From Lama glama (Eukaryota), in the NCBI GenBank assembly GCA_028534125.1, contig CM052817.1, forward strand, positions 88,538,001 to 88,602,000: a DNA stretch of 64,000 nucleotides, in the 5' to 3' direction. A program made the translations under genes and the position numbers. The notes under the pieces were generated by a model. The model ran no database searches. It was not told where the DNA came from and worked only from the letters and a program-made list of their open reading frames with translations. This document shows positions 38,011 through 50,382 of the stretch, one piece after another. Positions within the stretch are counted from its first letter, which is position 1; every line of letters starts with the position of its first letter.

Positions 38011-40836
38011 TTCTTGCCTAAAGCCTGTCACATACCCAGGCCTGACCTCTTTCTCAAAGAGAGACCCCATAAATAGGGGTCTGATGGGAAAAGATAATTC
38101 ATATTTTGACAACAGGCAAATATACCACGATATCTCAGGGTGGGAAGAACTCATTAGCGTTTTCTTTCCTTTATAAGCTTTGAAGGAAATAGTTTCTTGA
38201 TTTTTTGTTTATTTGTTTAACATCTAGGATTTCTCCTTGTTGATATTAGTGGCTTATCACTAGTGGTTAAACAGAATTAAAAGTATATAAAAAGAATTAT
38301 TTCATGTATTCTCTACCTAAGTTGTGTCTATTTTTCATATGATGTCATTGTATTTTGCATGTTTCTACTAAGAGATATTCCTTTTACTATTAAACCATTT
38401 CATCTAACTCCTTTTCCTTCATCATTAAAATATCTATATGCATAGCATCGTTTTGGGAAAGAAGTAAAATGCATATTTTTTGATGACACACTGATTAATT
38501 AGAAATCATGAGATATTTACAAAATAAAAAACATAAGAATAACTGCAAACAATGAGTGAATTTAGCAAGGTCTTTATAGAATGAGGAAAAGCTGAGTATG
38601 TGTCCTGCATTCTAGCTGAGGGCCATCTTTGACTTCAAGCAAAATTCAAGGTTTAGGATTATTCCTGTTTTTATGCTATTTGCTTAGGATCTCAATAACT
38701 ATCAGAAAAATGTTTTCCTGAGAACAGTTCAGGCAAATGTTGTGGTTTGTTATCTGGTCAAAATTCACTGAGGGGTAGGAGGTACATAGCCAAAAAGAAA
38801 CAAAAAGGGGAGACAATTGAAGGCAAAGGGAGTTTTCCCAACTGGTGACCGTCCGGCAAGGCCGTTTAGTCATTTACAGTCTCTGGGAGTGACACAGGTT
38901 ATGGAGGAGCTCATAACTGAATTAAGCAAAGTGCCCAGTTTTTCAGGAGGAGGACATATTTTAGGACTAGAGTTAGGGAACAAACTCTAATAAGTATCAT
39001 CTACATTAATTTTTTTTCCCTAAATGTTGTTATTCATTTTCAATTTTCCCTATCATTTTCAGGTTTAAGCTGATTAAGCATGGTGATTATTCAGGTCAGG
39101 GAATCTTGTTTTGTCAGATTTCCCTCTTTTTGGAGAATTTATAGTAATTAGCAAATATCCACCCCAAATAAGGGAAGGAATTACAAATAAGTCTCATAAA
39201 AAAAACTTCAGCCTGGGAAGGTGGAAGATGAGAAAGCAAATTTGCTTGCTTGTTCTCACTTGCCCTGCAAGTCTGTTTCATTTATTTCTCTCTGCATAAC
39301 TTCTTCCTAGGCTGATGTACCTGCCTGTTCAGGTTTTTAACAAGGATGTTCCAAAATGGTAGCTTTAGACTCTTAAGTCTACATGATTTTTTTCTGTGTA
39401 GAATCTACCACATTCAAACCCATTTTCTTATCAACTGCATATTCCTGTGAAAGGAAATTACCAGGTTAAATCTGATGTCTCTCTCTCTCTTATAAGCAAT
39501 ATAATTGGGGTGTGGAGTGGTGTTGTATGTAATCTCACCTGCCTTCTGCAGACAAGGTAAAGGTTAGCTCTGAAGAGACATTGTGGATGTGCAGGCGAAG
39601 GAAGTGGTTGGAATGGGAGGTCATTCATTCTAACTGAATAGGCTGATGCTCATAATGAGAGAGAGGTAAAGTGCTCTGCTATATTCATGGTATATAAGGT
39701 TTTATGTACAGTGAGAGATCACTTGGCAGTAAGCACAGGTAAGGAGATACGTCCTTAGCCAGTATTATGCCAACCACACCAGGGAAGTGATCAACCAATT
39801 AATGATAAATTGTTTCTTACTTTTTTTCTTTATTGATTTTAAGTAAAAAGGTTCATTATAATTCAGGTTATATGAAAATCAAAGGTTGTTAATGGTTTCA
39901 CGTTTCAAAGATTTGTGCTGGTATTATGGAAGCACCATGTAGACAGTTAAAATCAACAGGATGGAGATGAAAATGAGAGTGAATTTTCCATGTATTCAAA
40001 GACTTGGCAATTTCATGAAAACCAGTAAAAAGAGGCAGAATAAAGAGGAGAGAAGGGGAAGAAGTTGGGAAGAAGACGTCTGCGTGGGTCATTTCAGTAC
40101 AAGACGTTGAGAGGAAAGAGGAGATGTAAAAAACAGAAAATAAGAAGAAACACTTTGATGGTGGAAGACTGGAAAATATCACCAAAATCTTAATTTCCGA
40201 AAAGGTCATTTTCTTTTCCGCTCCAAGACTTCTTTCTTTAAAAAAAAATTTAGCCTCAGATAGAATGTGAATAGCACAGTAATCAAGGATGAAAGCTTCC
40301 CATGTGGGACTGGGGGACATTTGTCCCAACTGCTTCCAGGAGCCAAAAAGGTAATGTATATGCCTGATACAGCCACACAGATAAAAAGAATGCTCAAGCC
40401 ACAGGAGAGTACAGCCCCAACATGATGATATTAATAACAACAACAAAAATCATCAAAATATTACTTTCCTGGCACCTCCCCTGACAGCAAAACATATCTG
40501 AGGGCATTTGAGAACCCCCAGATGCAGTGGGAAAAGGACTGAGTGTGATTTTTCCCATATTTCCTGCATTAAAATCCTCCCTCTCAAATCAGGGACGACC
40601 TTTTTGGTCCTTACTTGGGCATACTGCATAGAGAGGGCATCCATTTTCAAAAACACTGTTGTAGTTTTAGCTTGTATGTCTCATATTTATTGTACTTATT
40701 ATTTATATTTTGAAATGTTGGCACTTTCTATATGCTTTCCTTGAGAAAATTAATTTGTTATCATTAGGAAAACAAGACAATGAGAATTAACCACATGTAC
40801 TAAGCTAGTATTTTCTGTCTATAAAATTCAAAGTTC

Positions 40837-40876
40837 ACACACACACACACACACACACACACATGCACACATACAC
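40837..40876. repeat. (CA)n microsatellite
   Basis: About 13 perfect CA units plus degenerate units. Confidence 0.95.
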
Positions 40877-41779
40877 GAGAAATAGAAAACAGCTTCAATC
40901 CACTAGCTGCAGTATATCTGAAGCTCAGCTGATAATTGAATTTCATGGGCTTTAACTTTTTCTGGGATGATGAATATTCCATACACGAAAATAATAATTA
41001 TAAAGTAAATGAAATAATTACCTAAGCTAAGCACAAACTGATATAATTCCCTTTTGGCTCAAATGAATATGCCAGTATACATAAAAGCCTTTATGGAAAA
41101 TATTACTTTGTGAAAAAGAAAGATTTAAAAATAGAATGTTATTATGATTCATAATAAGAAAATTATCAAAATGATTTTGAGAAAAGATGAGCTCAATTTT
41201 TGTGATTTTTTTAAACTTACAGCCTATAATAAATAGGGTTTAAGATAAAAATTATCCAAAGCTGTTTGAGATGCTTTAATTGTTGATTCTTTTTTTAAGT
41301 AGATTTTAGACAGAAATTTAAGACAGGATGTAGACCTTTAGGATTTAAAAAATTTAATGACAGTTAAATTTCACCTTTAAGTGGATGATTAACTAATACA
41401 CATTTCTATTATTATGACGTTCTGAGCTTCATTTCTATATTTAAATGCCACCTAAACATATTCACATAGACCTATTACCATCTTCTTAAAAACTAATCCT
41501 GTAATATTTCCCCCCAAATAGCTATGCTTTCTGTCCCTCATAAAAACTCAAATGGTGCATTTAATATAAAGATTCATATCAATAATTATTTTAAACATTT
41601 TCTTCTTCCACTTCTATTAGTTCCTATACAAATATATGAAATGGTTGCCCCTTATTTTATGTTTAGAGATAGATGTTACAGTCATCTGGAATAGACCATT
41701 TTGTTTAGGGAAAAATTTATTGAATCCTTCCTGTTACTTAAGTAAATTTAAAGAGAGGAGGCAGACATTATTACGGGAT

Positions 41780-44345
41780 CATAAGACAAAAAAAATATAT
41801 ATTTGTAAAATACACATCTGATAAAGAATTTGCTTCCAAAATATAGAAAGAACTCTTAAAACTTAGCAATAAGAAAACATACAACCAAATTAAAACATAA
41901 ACAAAAGCTCACCAAAGAATATATATATATATATATGTATATATATGTCAAATAAGAACATGAAAATATGTTCATCCTCTGTTATTAGGGAGTTGCAAAT
42001 TAAGTCAGAGATAGCACTACATACCTGTTAGAATGGCTAACATCTGAAAAACTGACAATCCAAATGCTAGTGAGGATTCAGAGCAACAGAAACTTTCATT
42101 CACTGCTGGTAGCAGTGCAAAATTGCACAGCCGCTTTGGAAGACAGTTTGGCAGTTACAGAGCTAAATGTAGTATCATCATATGAACAATCACACTCCAA
42201 GGCATTTACCCAATTGAGCTGAAAACCTATGACCACACACACACACACAAATTAAAATAAATGCTTACAGCAACTTTTTCCATAACTGCCCAAAACCAGA
42301 AGCAACCATGATGCCCTCCAACACATACATGTTTTAACAAATTGTAGTACATCCATACAACAAACTAACATTCAGCAATATAAAACAATAAGCTACAAAG
42401 CCAGGTAAGAATATGGAAGGAACTTCATTGCATACTTCTACTGAAAGTAGCCACTATGAAAAAGCTACCTAAGGTATGACTCCAATTATACAACATTCTG
42501 GAAAAGGCAAAACTACAGACTCAGTAAAGAAAAAAAAGTCAGCAGAACTATAGAAGCACTGGTTGCCAGGGATTCAGGGAAGGGAAGGAGGGAGAGATAA
42601 AAAGGTGGAACATATGGGATTTAAGGTGGTCTCAGTATTCTGTATGATACTGTAATTATGGACACTTGACATTATTAATTTCTAAAATCAATAGAACTTT
42701 AAAGCATAAGGAGGGACCCTTAATTATGAAATTAAAAAAAAATCACTTAGAAGGTTAGGAGATACCAGGAAAGTATGCAGTCTATGACAAGAGAATCTAA
42801 CAGTACAATAAATATATGAAACAACCTCACTGAAGGGGTCAGGGAGAAATGCATTGACCTAGTTAACTCTGGAAATAAATCGAGTCAGTAAGATTAAAGA
42901 CAAAAGGAACTGCACACAAGTACCATACTGTACTGGATAAAGTTGTTTTGGCCTTATGGGTTAACAGTTCAGACACTGCTATACATGTATGCAGAAACTG
43001 AACAAATAAATAAATGGCAGGTAAGGGTCACTTTTCTCATTGTTGAGTGGGAATTTATGAAACAGCAAGGGGAGAAATCTACAATTATTCATAGGGTAAT
43101 AGACTAGAGTTGAAGATATCTGTAAGAACTCATTTAACTTAGTATAGATACAGATGGCTGTATATAGACATCTTTAGAAATATGTATATATACTTGGACT
43201 ACAGCACACACATGTATTTCCTTGCTCTGTCAGCTAAGAGGGCCTAAAAGAAATGACAACCAATAGCAATGAGCAAGCCTACTGTCTCAAAGCTGGCTTC
43301 TCATGTCATTGTCCAACTAAAGGAGCAGTAAGCACTCTTGGGAGAAATGGGTGATTATAGGAAAAGAACAAGAAATATACAAGATAAGCCTGGAGCATCT
43401 TTTAGCACAGATGAGTAAGGAAGCCTTCGAAACAACAACAACAACAACAAATAAACAAAAAATCACAATGATGGAAGTATATTAAAAGGCACAGGAACCA
43501 ACTAAAATAACTCCCAATGGCCAAAGCTGGAATAATTTGAACAACAAAATAAGTAAAATCATATTGGATTATAACCCAAAGTATAAAATTATATCCATGA
43601 GTCTACCCTGATATAAATCAATGATTGAATAAATTAATAAATGGGATGGGAGAGAAAATGTCCCATTCAGAAAAATCCCAAATCAATGATGTAGATAATC
43701 AACTCTAAAGGAGTGGAAGCATAACTCCCCATTCCTTAAGCTGTGCTTTCACAGAATATATTATTCAAAGGGGGGAAAAAAGTAACTTTACAGGGAAGAG
43801 ACCTGACAAACACTTTGTCAACCAGAAGATCAGAGTTTCCATTGATAGTGATGTCATGCTGAAAGTATGTATGCTTAATTTGATGTGATGAAAATGACTC
43901 TTTACCTCTGTGGTCTTCCTCTTAAGAAAACATAACCCCAATCTAATTATAAGAATTCCAATAGAGGGGCATCTTACCATATCCCTGATCAATATTCCTC
44001 AAAACTAGTAAGATTACCCAAAACAAGGAAAGTTTGTGAAATCTATTGCAGCCAAGAAGAGCCTAGGAAGACATGACAACTAAATGTAATGGAGTATCTT
44101 GGTTGGGATCCTGGAACAGAAAAAGGACATTAGGCTAAAAATAAGGAATCCTGAATAAACTATGGACTTTAGTTAACAATAACGCATCAACATTGGTTCA
44201 TTGATTGTTAACAAGTATACTGTACTAATGTAAGGTATCAGTGAAAAGGAAAACTGTGTGGGTATGTGGGGGTAGGAAGAATAATATGAGAACACTGTAA
44301 TATCTGCTCAATTTTTCTGTATATTAAAACTTCTAAAAGTAAAGT
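41780..44345 (+). mobile_element. L1MC/L1MD-type LINE: ORF2 3' end and long 3'UTR
   Basis: ctgttagaatggcta...ctttggaagacagtttggcag (ORF2 end); 3'UTR motifs ttggattataacccaaagtataaaat and gggatcctggaacagaaaaaggacattagg. Confidence 0.9.
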
Positions 44346-45149
44346 TCAGTCTACTAAAAAGTACACAATTTTTACACTTTGTACATCGATAAATCACTCA
44401 AACATAATATGGAGTAAAATAAATAAGACAAAACATGTGAATTTTTACGATTCCATTTATGTGAAGTTTTAGAAAATGCAAGGCAAAAAATAAGTATGGT
44501 GCTTAGTTCAGGATAATGGTTACCCTCGGAGGTGGTAAGGACTGCAAGGGGCAGCAGAAGCTTTTTTGGTTGAGTGACAGTCTATATGTTGATTTGGGTA
44601 CTGGTTATACAGCTGCTTACACGTGTAAAACCCTGTATGTAAATCATACCTCAATTAAGAGACAGAGAGACCCATTCTGCTTGTACAAATCCATCTTCTC
44701 ACTCTTTTCCTCTTTCCCAAGGCCTAACTTCTTCAAAGTGTCACCTATGTGCTCACTTTTCTCCCTTTCCATTCCCTCTTCAGCCCCCTCCGCAATCTGG
44801 TTTCAGCTCTCATTAAAGGGCTCTAACGAGATCATCAAAGTTTTGTTCCCAAAGTCGAGGGACTCTTTTCAGACTTCATCTTTCAAGGCCTAGAGAGATT
44901 GTCTCTGCTTTTGTTGAGTACTCTCTCCCCATTGAAATTTTATTTCCCTTTGCTACTTCTATAAAAGTGGTGAAGGATAGTGAACGTCTCATTACAATGT
45001 TGAGATGAAATAAGCTTGTAAGATCTCTATACAGAGCCTGGAACCTAGGAAATGCTGAGATAGATAAATAGAAAGATAGATATAAAACGCAAGGAAATGC
45101 CTATATATATACAATGCAAGGAAAAATAAATATATGGAGATGGACTCTG

Positions 45150-45560
45150 CTTGTTAAAACTATGAATTCTGAAAATATCAAGTGTTAGTGAGTTGAGAAG
45201 AAATAGATGCATTTTCTAATCTTGTGAATAGAACTTCATGTGAGTATGAGAAACGTTAACTTATTTCCAACATAGTCAAGGATTGTATACGTTTCCTGTA
45301 GTCTCATTACTAGGTATACATGTTTAAGGAACATCTGCACAGACAAACTAGAATCCATATCCAAAATGTTTATCGTGATATTGCATATAACAGCACCAAA
45401 TGAGAACAAAATAAGTCCCTAAAATAGAGGAGGAATAAATAAGTAATATATTAAAATACTGAGATACAACACAGGAATCAAAATGAACACACTACAAAAA
45501 AATGTTTTAAGTTGGGTTATTCTGAAAACATAGGTTAAGTTAAAGTGTCAAGTCCTTGAA
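45150..45560 (+). mobile_element. Old L1 (L1ME-like) fragment
   Basis: aaatatcaagtgttagtgag...ctcattactaggtataca...aaaatgtttatcgtgatattg degenerate ORF2 end. Confidence 0.55.
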
Positions 45561-46053
45561 AAAAATGCACTGAATTCATAGTTTAATTAATGCATTTTTT
45601 CAAGCTGATTTTCTGACATGTAGTAAGTAGTTCTTCTACATAATTTTAAATATGATTATAATAAAGTCACAAATTATGTTGCCCTTTCTTTTGTTTTCCA
45701 TGGTACAGTGTATTATTTCATTTTTCATAAATTGTGAGATTGCACATATGTTAAGAAAATAAAAGAATAGACCTTGTCCAAATACATATTTAGCATAGAA
45801 TAGGCAGACATAAATCTAATTCATTAAGCTACACTATAATTTTAATAGCATGGCATTGTAGCACAAAGATTCAAATACAGATTTATATATCATGCTGCAG
45901 TTGCTTCCTTCTCCTGTATTTCTTCTTTGTTCCTCCTAAAGGGACATGAACTTTTGGCCCAAATAATCTAAGCCTGAATGCAAGAATGTGCCACTTCTTC
46001 CCAAAAGGCACAAACAAACGGGGTGTCAAATCCATAGGATTAATAGTCTAGAA

Positions 46054-46361
46054 TAAGTTTCAGCAAACTACAGCCTGCAGGTGAAATCTGGCCTATGACC
46101 ACTTTTTGTACTTTTTGTACTGTCTGTGAGTTAAGAATTTTTTTAATGGTTGAAAAAAATCAGAATATTTGGTGACATGAAAATGATATGAAATTCAAAT
46201 TTCTCTGTCCACAAATAAAGTTTTACTGGAACATAGCACACTCATTCATTTACATCCTGTCTACGGCAAAGCTAAGTAGCTGTGACAATTGAATAGCTCC
46301 CACTACAGTCTAAAATATTTGCTACTTGATCCTTTACAGAAAAAGATTGCTAATTGCTACC
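46054..46361 (+). mobile_element. MER58B-like hAT-Charlie MITE
   Basis: cagcaaactacagcctgcagg...tatgaaattcaaatttc...aaataaagttttactggaacatagc...cctttacagaaaaag. Confidence 0.88.
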
Positions 46362-46499
46362 CAAGAATATACTATGGTAATATCTATCCAATTTTTTTTT
46401 ATTGAATGGCATATCTAATTTCAAATTTTTTTCTGTAAATCCATTTTACAGGAATGATCTGTTATTACTCAGTGAAATTGACTTTTTTTTTCAGATTCT

Positions 46500-46790
46500 A
46501 GTTTCTTGAAGTTTTATAAAGCACATTCTTATATTTTAGGAAACATTTCTTAGTGATATTCATAGGTATTTCATGAAAATTAGCATTTCCCAGTAGCGTA
46601 AGTTTGGAAAACTTAGGGTTAAATTGGGTCACAGAAGTTTTCACTGTAGAATGTTTCCTTGCTTTTGATATGCCCATCTGTTTTGCAGATTTGCAGTGCA
46701 GGATACTGTACATAGCATTGGTAAATTTATTTAACCACAAAGTCTTGTTTATGAGTTGTATTCTGTAGAACCTGCCTGAGAAACAACTAT
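46500..46790. mobile_element. hAT-Charlie fragment (MER113-like)
   Basis: taagtttggaaaact...ttcactgtagaatgtttcc...catagcattggtaaatttatttaaccaca. Confidence 0.5.
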
Positions 46791-47821
46791 ATTGGACATA
46801 AAAAATTTATGTAAAGTAAAAGCCTTTGAGGGTTTAGTCTTTTTTTTTTTCCTTCAGTACAGTTCAAAATAGCATATAGCCGAGTAATAAAATCCTGAAA
46901 TTATTATAAATATCATTGTGGTTTTGATTATCCCAATTTTGGACAGTATCAGTTTCGATTATTTACCTTTCATTTGCTATAATTTAATAATTCATTTTCA
47001 AAACATATTTATTAATTAAACATGTGTAATATATTAACATGATGTAGTAGAATTTTTCATTGTTAAGAAAATTCACTTAACAAAAATAAACCGGTCTACA
47101 AAATTTTGATTTACGTAGAATCACATGATTTGCTGTTAAATTCTCCCAGAATATATTCTAGGTAAGGTTGAACAGAATATAATGTCTTCATTGTTTAAAT
47201 GTTTAGCCTGTCATCCTTGAATAGATGAACATTAGACATTTGCCTTCTCACCCTTCATAACAAAAATGCCTTTAACGCCGTATTCTTTTCTTTAAAAAGT
47301 AAATCTTCTACCATCTTAATATGTTTTTTTCCCTTTTTTATGCAGTTGTTTTGTTTGGCAGAAAATGAGCTCACATTTTTCCTCTGCTGAAGAAAGTAAT
47401 CTGTGAATCATATACAGTTTGAGAAAAGTATCACCTTATTCAAAAGATAAATCATATGATATTGTTATGCCAAAGGAATAAGAAAGCATGGATTAAGAAT
47501 AGATTAGGTGACTGCATTATAAAAATATCAAAGTAAACTGATCTAAAGGGTGAACTATGAATGGACTGGAATTCAAAGATTCGCTACCTAAGCCTATGGA
47601 AATCTAATGACCAAATGCTGATATTCTATTACAGACTTTCAGAAGACTGAGAATTAATACGAGCCCTATTTTAGAAAGTTTATTATTTTTATTACCCTCA
47701 TTACATATAGAATAATATGCTCAATGAAATAACTTTTACTACTAAGATTTATTTTAAAAACTTCTTGCCTTATCTATTATTTGATTAAATAAAAATTATT
47801 GCACTTTTTATACTTAAATAT

Positions 47822-48010
47822 TGCACTAGTTTCCTAGGCTGCAGTGACTAAGTACCAAATAATGGGTGGCTTAGAACAAGAGAAATATATTGTCTCACAG
47901 ATCTGGAGGCCAGAGGTCAAAGTCAGGTCATCAGTAGGACCATGCTCCCTGAGAAGGCACGAGAGAGGACATTTTCCAGGCCCCTCTCCCAGCTTTTGGT
48001 GGTTCCTTGG
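47822..48010 (-). mobile_element. MLT1C-like LTR, 3' half only
   Basis: tagtttcctaggctgcagtgactaagtacca...ggtggcttagaacaagagaaatatattgtctcacagatctggaggccaga. Confidence 0.85.
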
Positions 48011-48212
48011 CTGAATGGCCTGAGGCATCCCAATACTGGTGTTGACAGGCTGGTGGGCTGGGCTGGTCCAGGTGCTATAAGCTCGAGGGAGGATTCCACA
48101 ATGGTGCTTACCAGCACCAGTGTCCTCCCAGGACAAGGACCTTCCAAAAATGGCTGCCGGAGTGTCTGTGTCCCCAGGGTGAGCTCCAATTCCTCCTGCC
48201 TCTCTGGGAGTC
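48011..48212 (-). mobile_element. Cetartiodactyl L1 5'-region fragment
   Basis: aaaatggctgccggagtgtctgtgtccccagggtgagctccaattcctcctgcctct resembles the antisense 5'UTR of artiodactyl L1s (from recall). Confidence 0.6.
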
Positions 48213-50028
48213 CATTTCCTTTATGAGAAAGCAAAATCGTTTCCAGCCGCTCCAGTATAATGCCTGTTAAGTCTCATTGCCAGGATCTAGCAAAGGGGTC
48301 ACAGACGATTTGGAGTGACTAGAAACCATGAGCCATTTCGTGCTTTTGAGCACACTGATCTCTCAAAACACAACTACATTTCTGCTAGTAAGAATGTATA
48401 ACATCTCTGTTGGGTCAGCAACTCAGAGTATCTACCTTACCAACTGTCACAATGACAATCTGATGGTGTATGATGAAACTGGTGAGCCTTTCTTTTGCTT
48501 CTTATACCTCCAAATTACTCACAAGTGCTTTTTAGGAAAGAACACAAGTGGATATTGAAGGCCTAACAATGTTATACAGATTTTCGAATAGACTTCATTT
48601 TATCATAGAAATCAATCATCTGGTCTCATTAATTACATATCTTAAGTTATATTTAGCTTTCATAAAAAATGAACATGCATATAAGGGTGTGAGTTTGCTG
48701 TTACTCAAAAGATAGGATTTTTCCCTAAGTATATTGTTCTTATAAGTTGAAATATATTTCTACCTAAAGATGCATTTTAACATGACTCCTTTCTTCTAAC
48801 AGTTAGGAAATACACTTGAAATATATATAATAGAGACAGGAAATATTCTCTTATATATCAAACAAATGTTCTAAACAAAAATAATTTCAATGTATCATCT
48901 AACAGAGGTCTTGAAACTTTCTACCAGTCTAGTTCACTGCTCTTACTTATGAACAAAAAGAGATAAATTTTGTGTGTATTGAATATTTTGTTCTAATAAT
49001 CCTATAAAGAATGAAATTGTACATTGGTATTTCAGTATACCACACAGCTTTTTTTCCCCATTATATTTCTGTAAAATTTTCTGAGTGATAAAACATATTT
49101 ATGTTTACTTTTCATCAAGATAGAACTGAAAGAAATAACCTCATGTTCTGCAAAGTTAAAAAAAAAAGTCAGATGACTATATGCTAGGTACCAGCTAGAA
49201 CTGAATCCCTTCAGAGCAGACAGAAGTAAAAATAAATGGCATTAAAGTTAAACACTATTGTTGAAAAGGGAACTTAATGAAAACAGTGAATCAAAAATAA
49301 GATGTCTTCAGGGTAGTAAAATGTCTAGGATAACTTAAGGCTTGTAACATTGGCTTATATTATTTCATATAAATCAAATAAATAGCATTGCTTGTTCTTG
49401 GGAAAACAGTAAGTAATACTCAGAAAAAATAATATTTTTCAACAAAGACGTTGTCTAGCTACAATCAAACATAACATATCTAGATGGTTCAGCAATTCAA
49501 TAAAATTGATTGTAAATAAGTTGAAGCAACAGACAGGACAATTCACAACTAGAAATAATCTTCACAAAGCATTGCTTCAAACATAAATATGACAAAGTAC
49601 AATAAAATATTTACTTAAAATTTTAACTGCAAAAAATCACAAAGTTGAAGTGAACTATCTTATGAAATGTGAAGTGTCACAAATCTTCCATAATTTTTTT
49701 TCCATTTAGCACAGTATTCTATTTAAACAGCTGAAGCGAACATCACTATTTAAGTCAAAAGAAATGTGTAACTTCGAAACACCAAGCGAATTTTACCTCC
49801 AGATATGAGACGTATTTTTAATGTTCTTTTGTGTTCTGAGTACAGACATGCATGATATTTGAGGGGAATTTTAATCATAGAGACATCCAATCAATCACTT
49901 TAAATTCTGAAGTTCAAATATATATATATATATATAAGCAGTTTATTGGGTAGTGAAATATCATGAAAATGCCATATTCCATAAACCATGCCTTTCTCAT
50001 GCTAATACCAACCTTTCATTGGCACCAA

Positions 50029-50113
50029 GACCTCTTAATACTTAAATTCCATTATTTTTTGGTTCTATTATTTTTTGGACCTCTTAATACTTAAATTTCA
50101 TTATTTTTTGGTT
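50029..50113. repeat. 36-bp direct repeat, period 49
   Basis: gacctcttaatacttaaatt(c/t)cattattttttggtt at 50029-50064 and 50078-50113. Confidence 0.9.
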
Positions 50114-50291
50114 ATGTTGTTCATTTTAAACCAGCCCTGTCTAGTTTCAAATTCTAATCTCAAATCTATCTCCGAGTTTACTTAGTCCGGTTTCCACAGC
50201 ACAGCCATATCTGGAACGGAGGACATACACACTCCATCCAGATGAAAGGCAGTACAAAGAGCCTCTTACATTCACGCATAGTCACACATAC

Positions 50292-50382
50292 CTCGCTGAG
50301 GGGAGCGGTTTCCTCATCTCATCTGCAGCGTTGTCAGTTTCCATCTGTGGTGCTTGTTGCGTCTCTGGATGCTGTGGGTTCC
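50292..50382 (-). other. Candidate 91-nt exon
   Basis: Acceptor tgtgccctcccacag, donor GAG|gtatgt; purine-rich and GC-richer than the flanks; single open frame NPQHPETQQAPQMETDNAADEMRKPLPSA. Confidence 0.45.

Noticed and set aside
38828..38839. NF-kB-like site GGGAGTTTTCCC
   Set aside because: Single short motif with no supporting context
39050..39745. Several plus-strand splice-like sites
   Set aside because: No consistent exon structure or reading frame; expected background
39898..40446. Longest ORF in the track (182 aa, minus strand)
   Set aside because: Non-ATG start, low-complexity F/S/L content from the antisense of purine-rich DNA, no recognisable domain; consistent with chance
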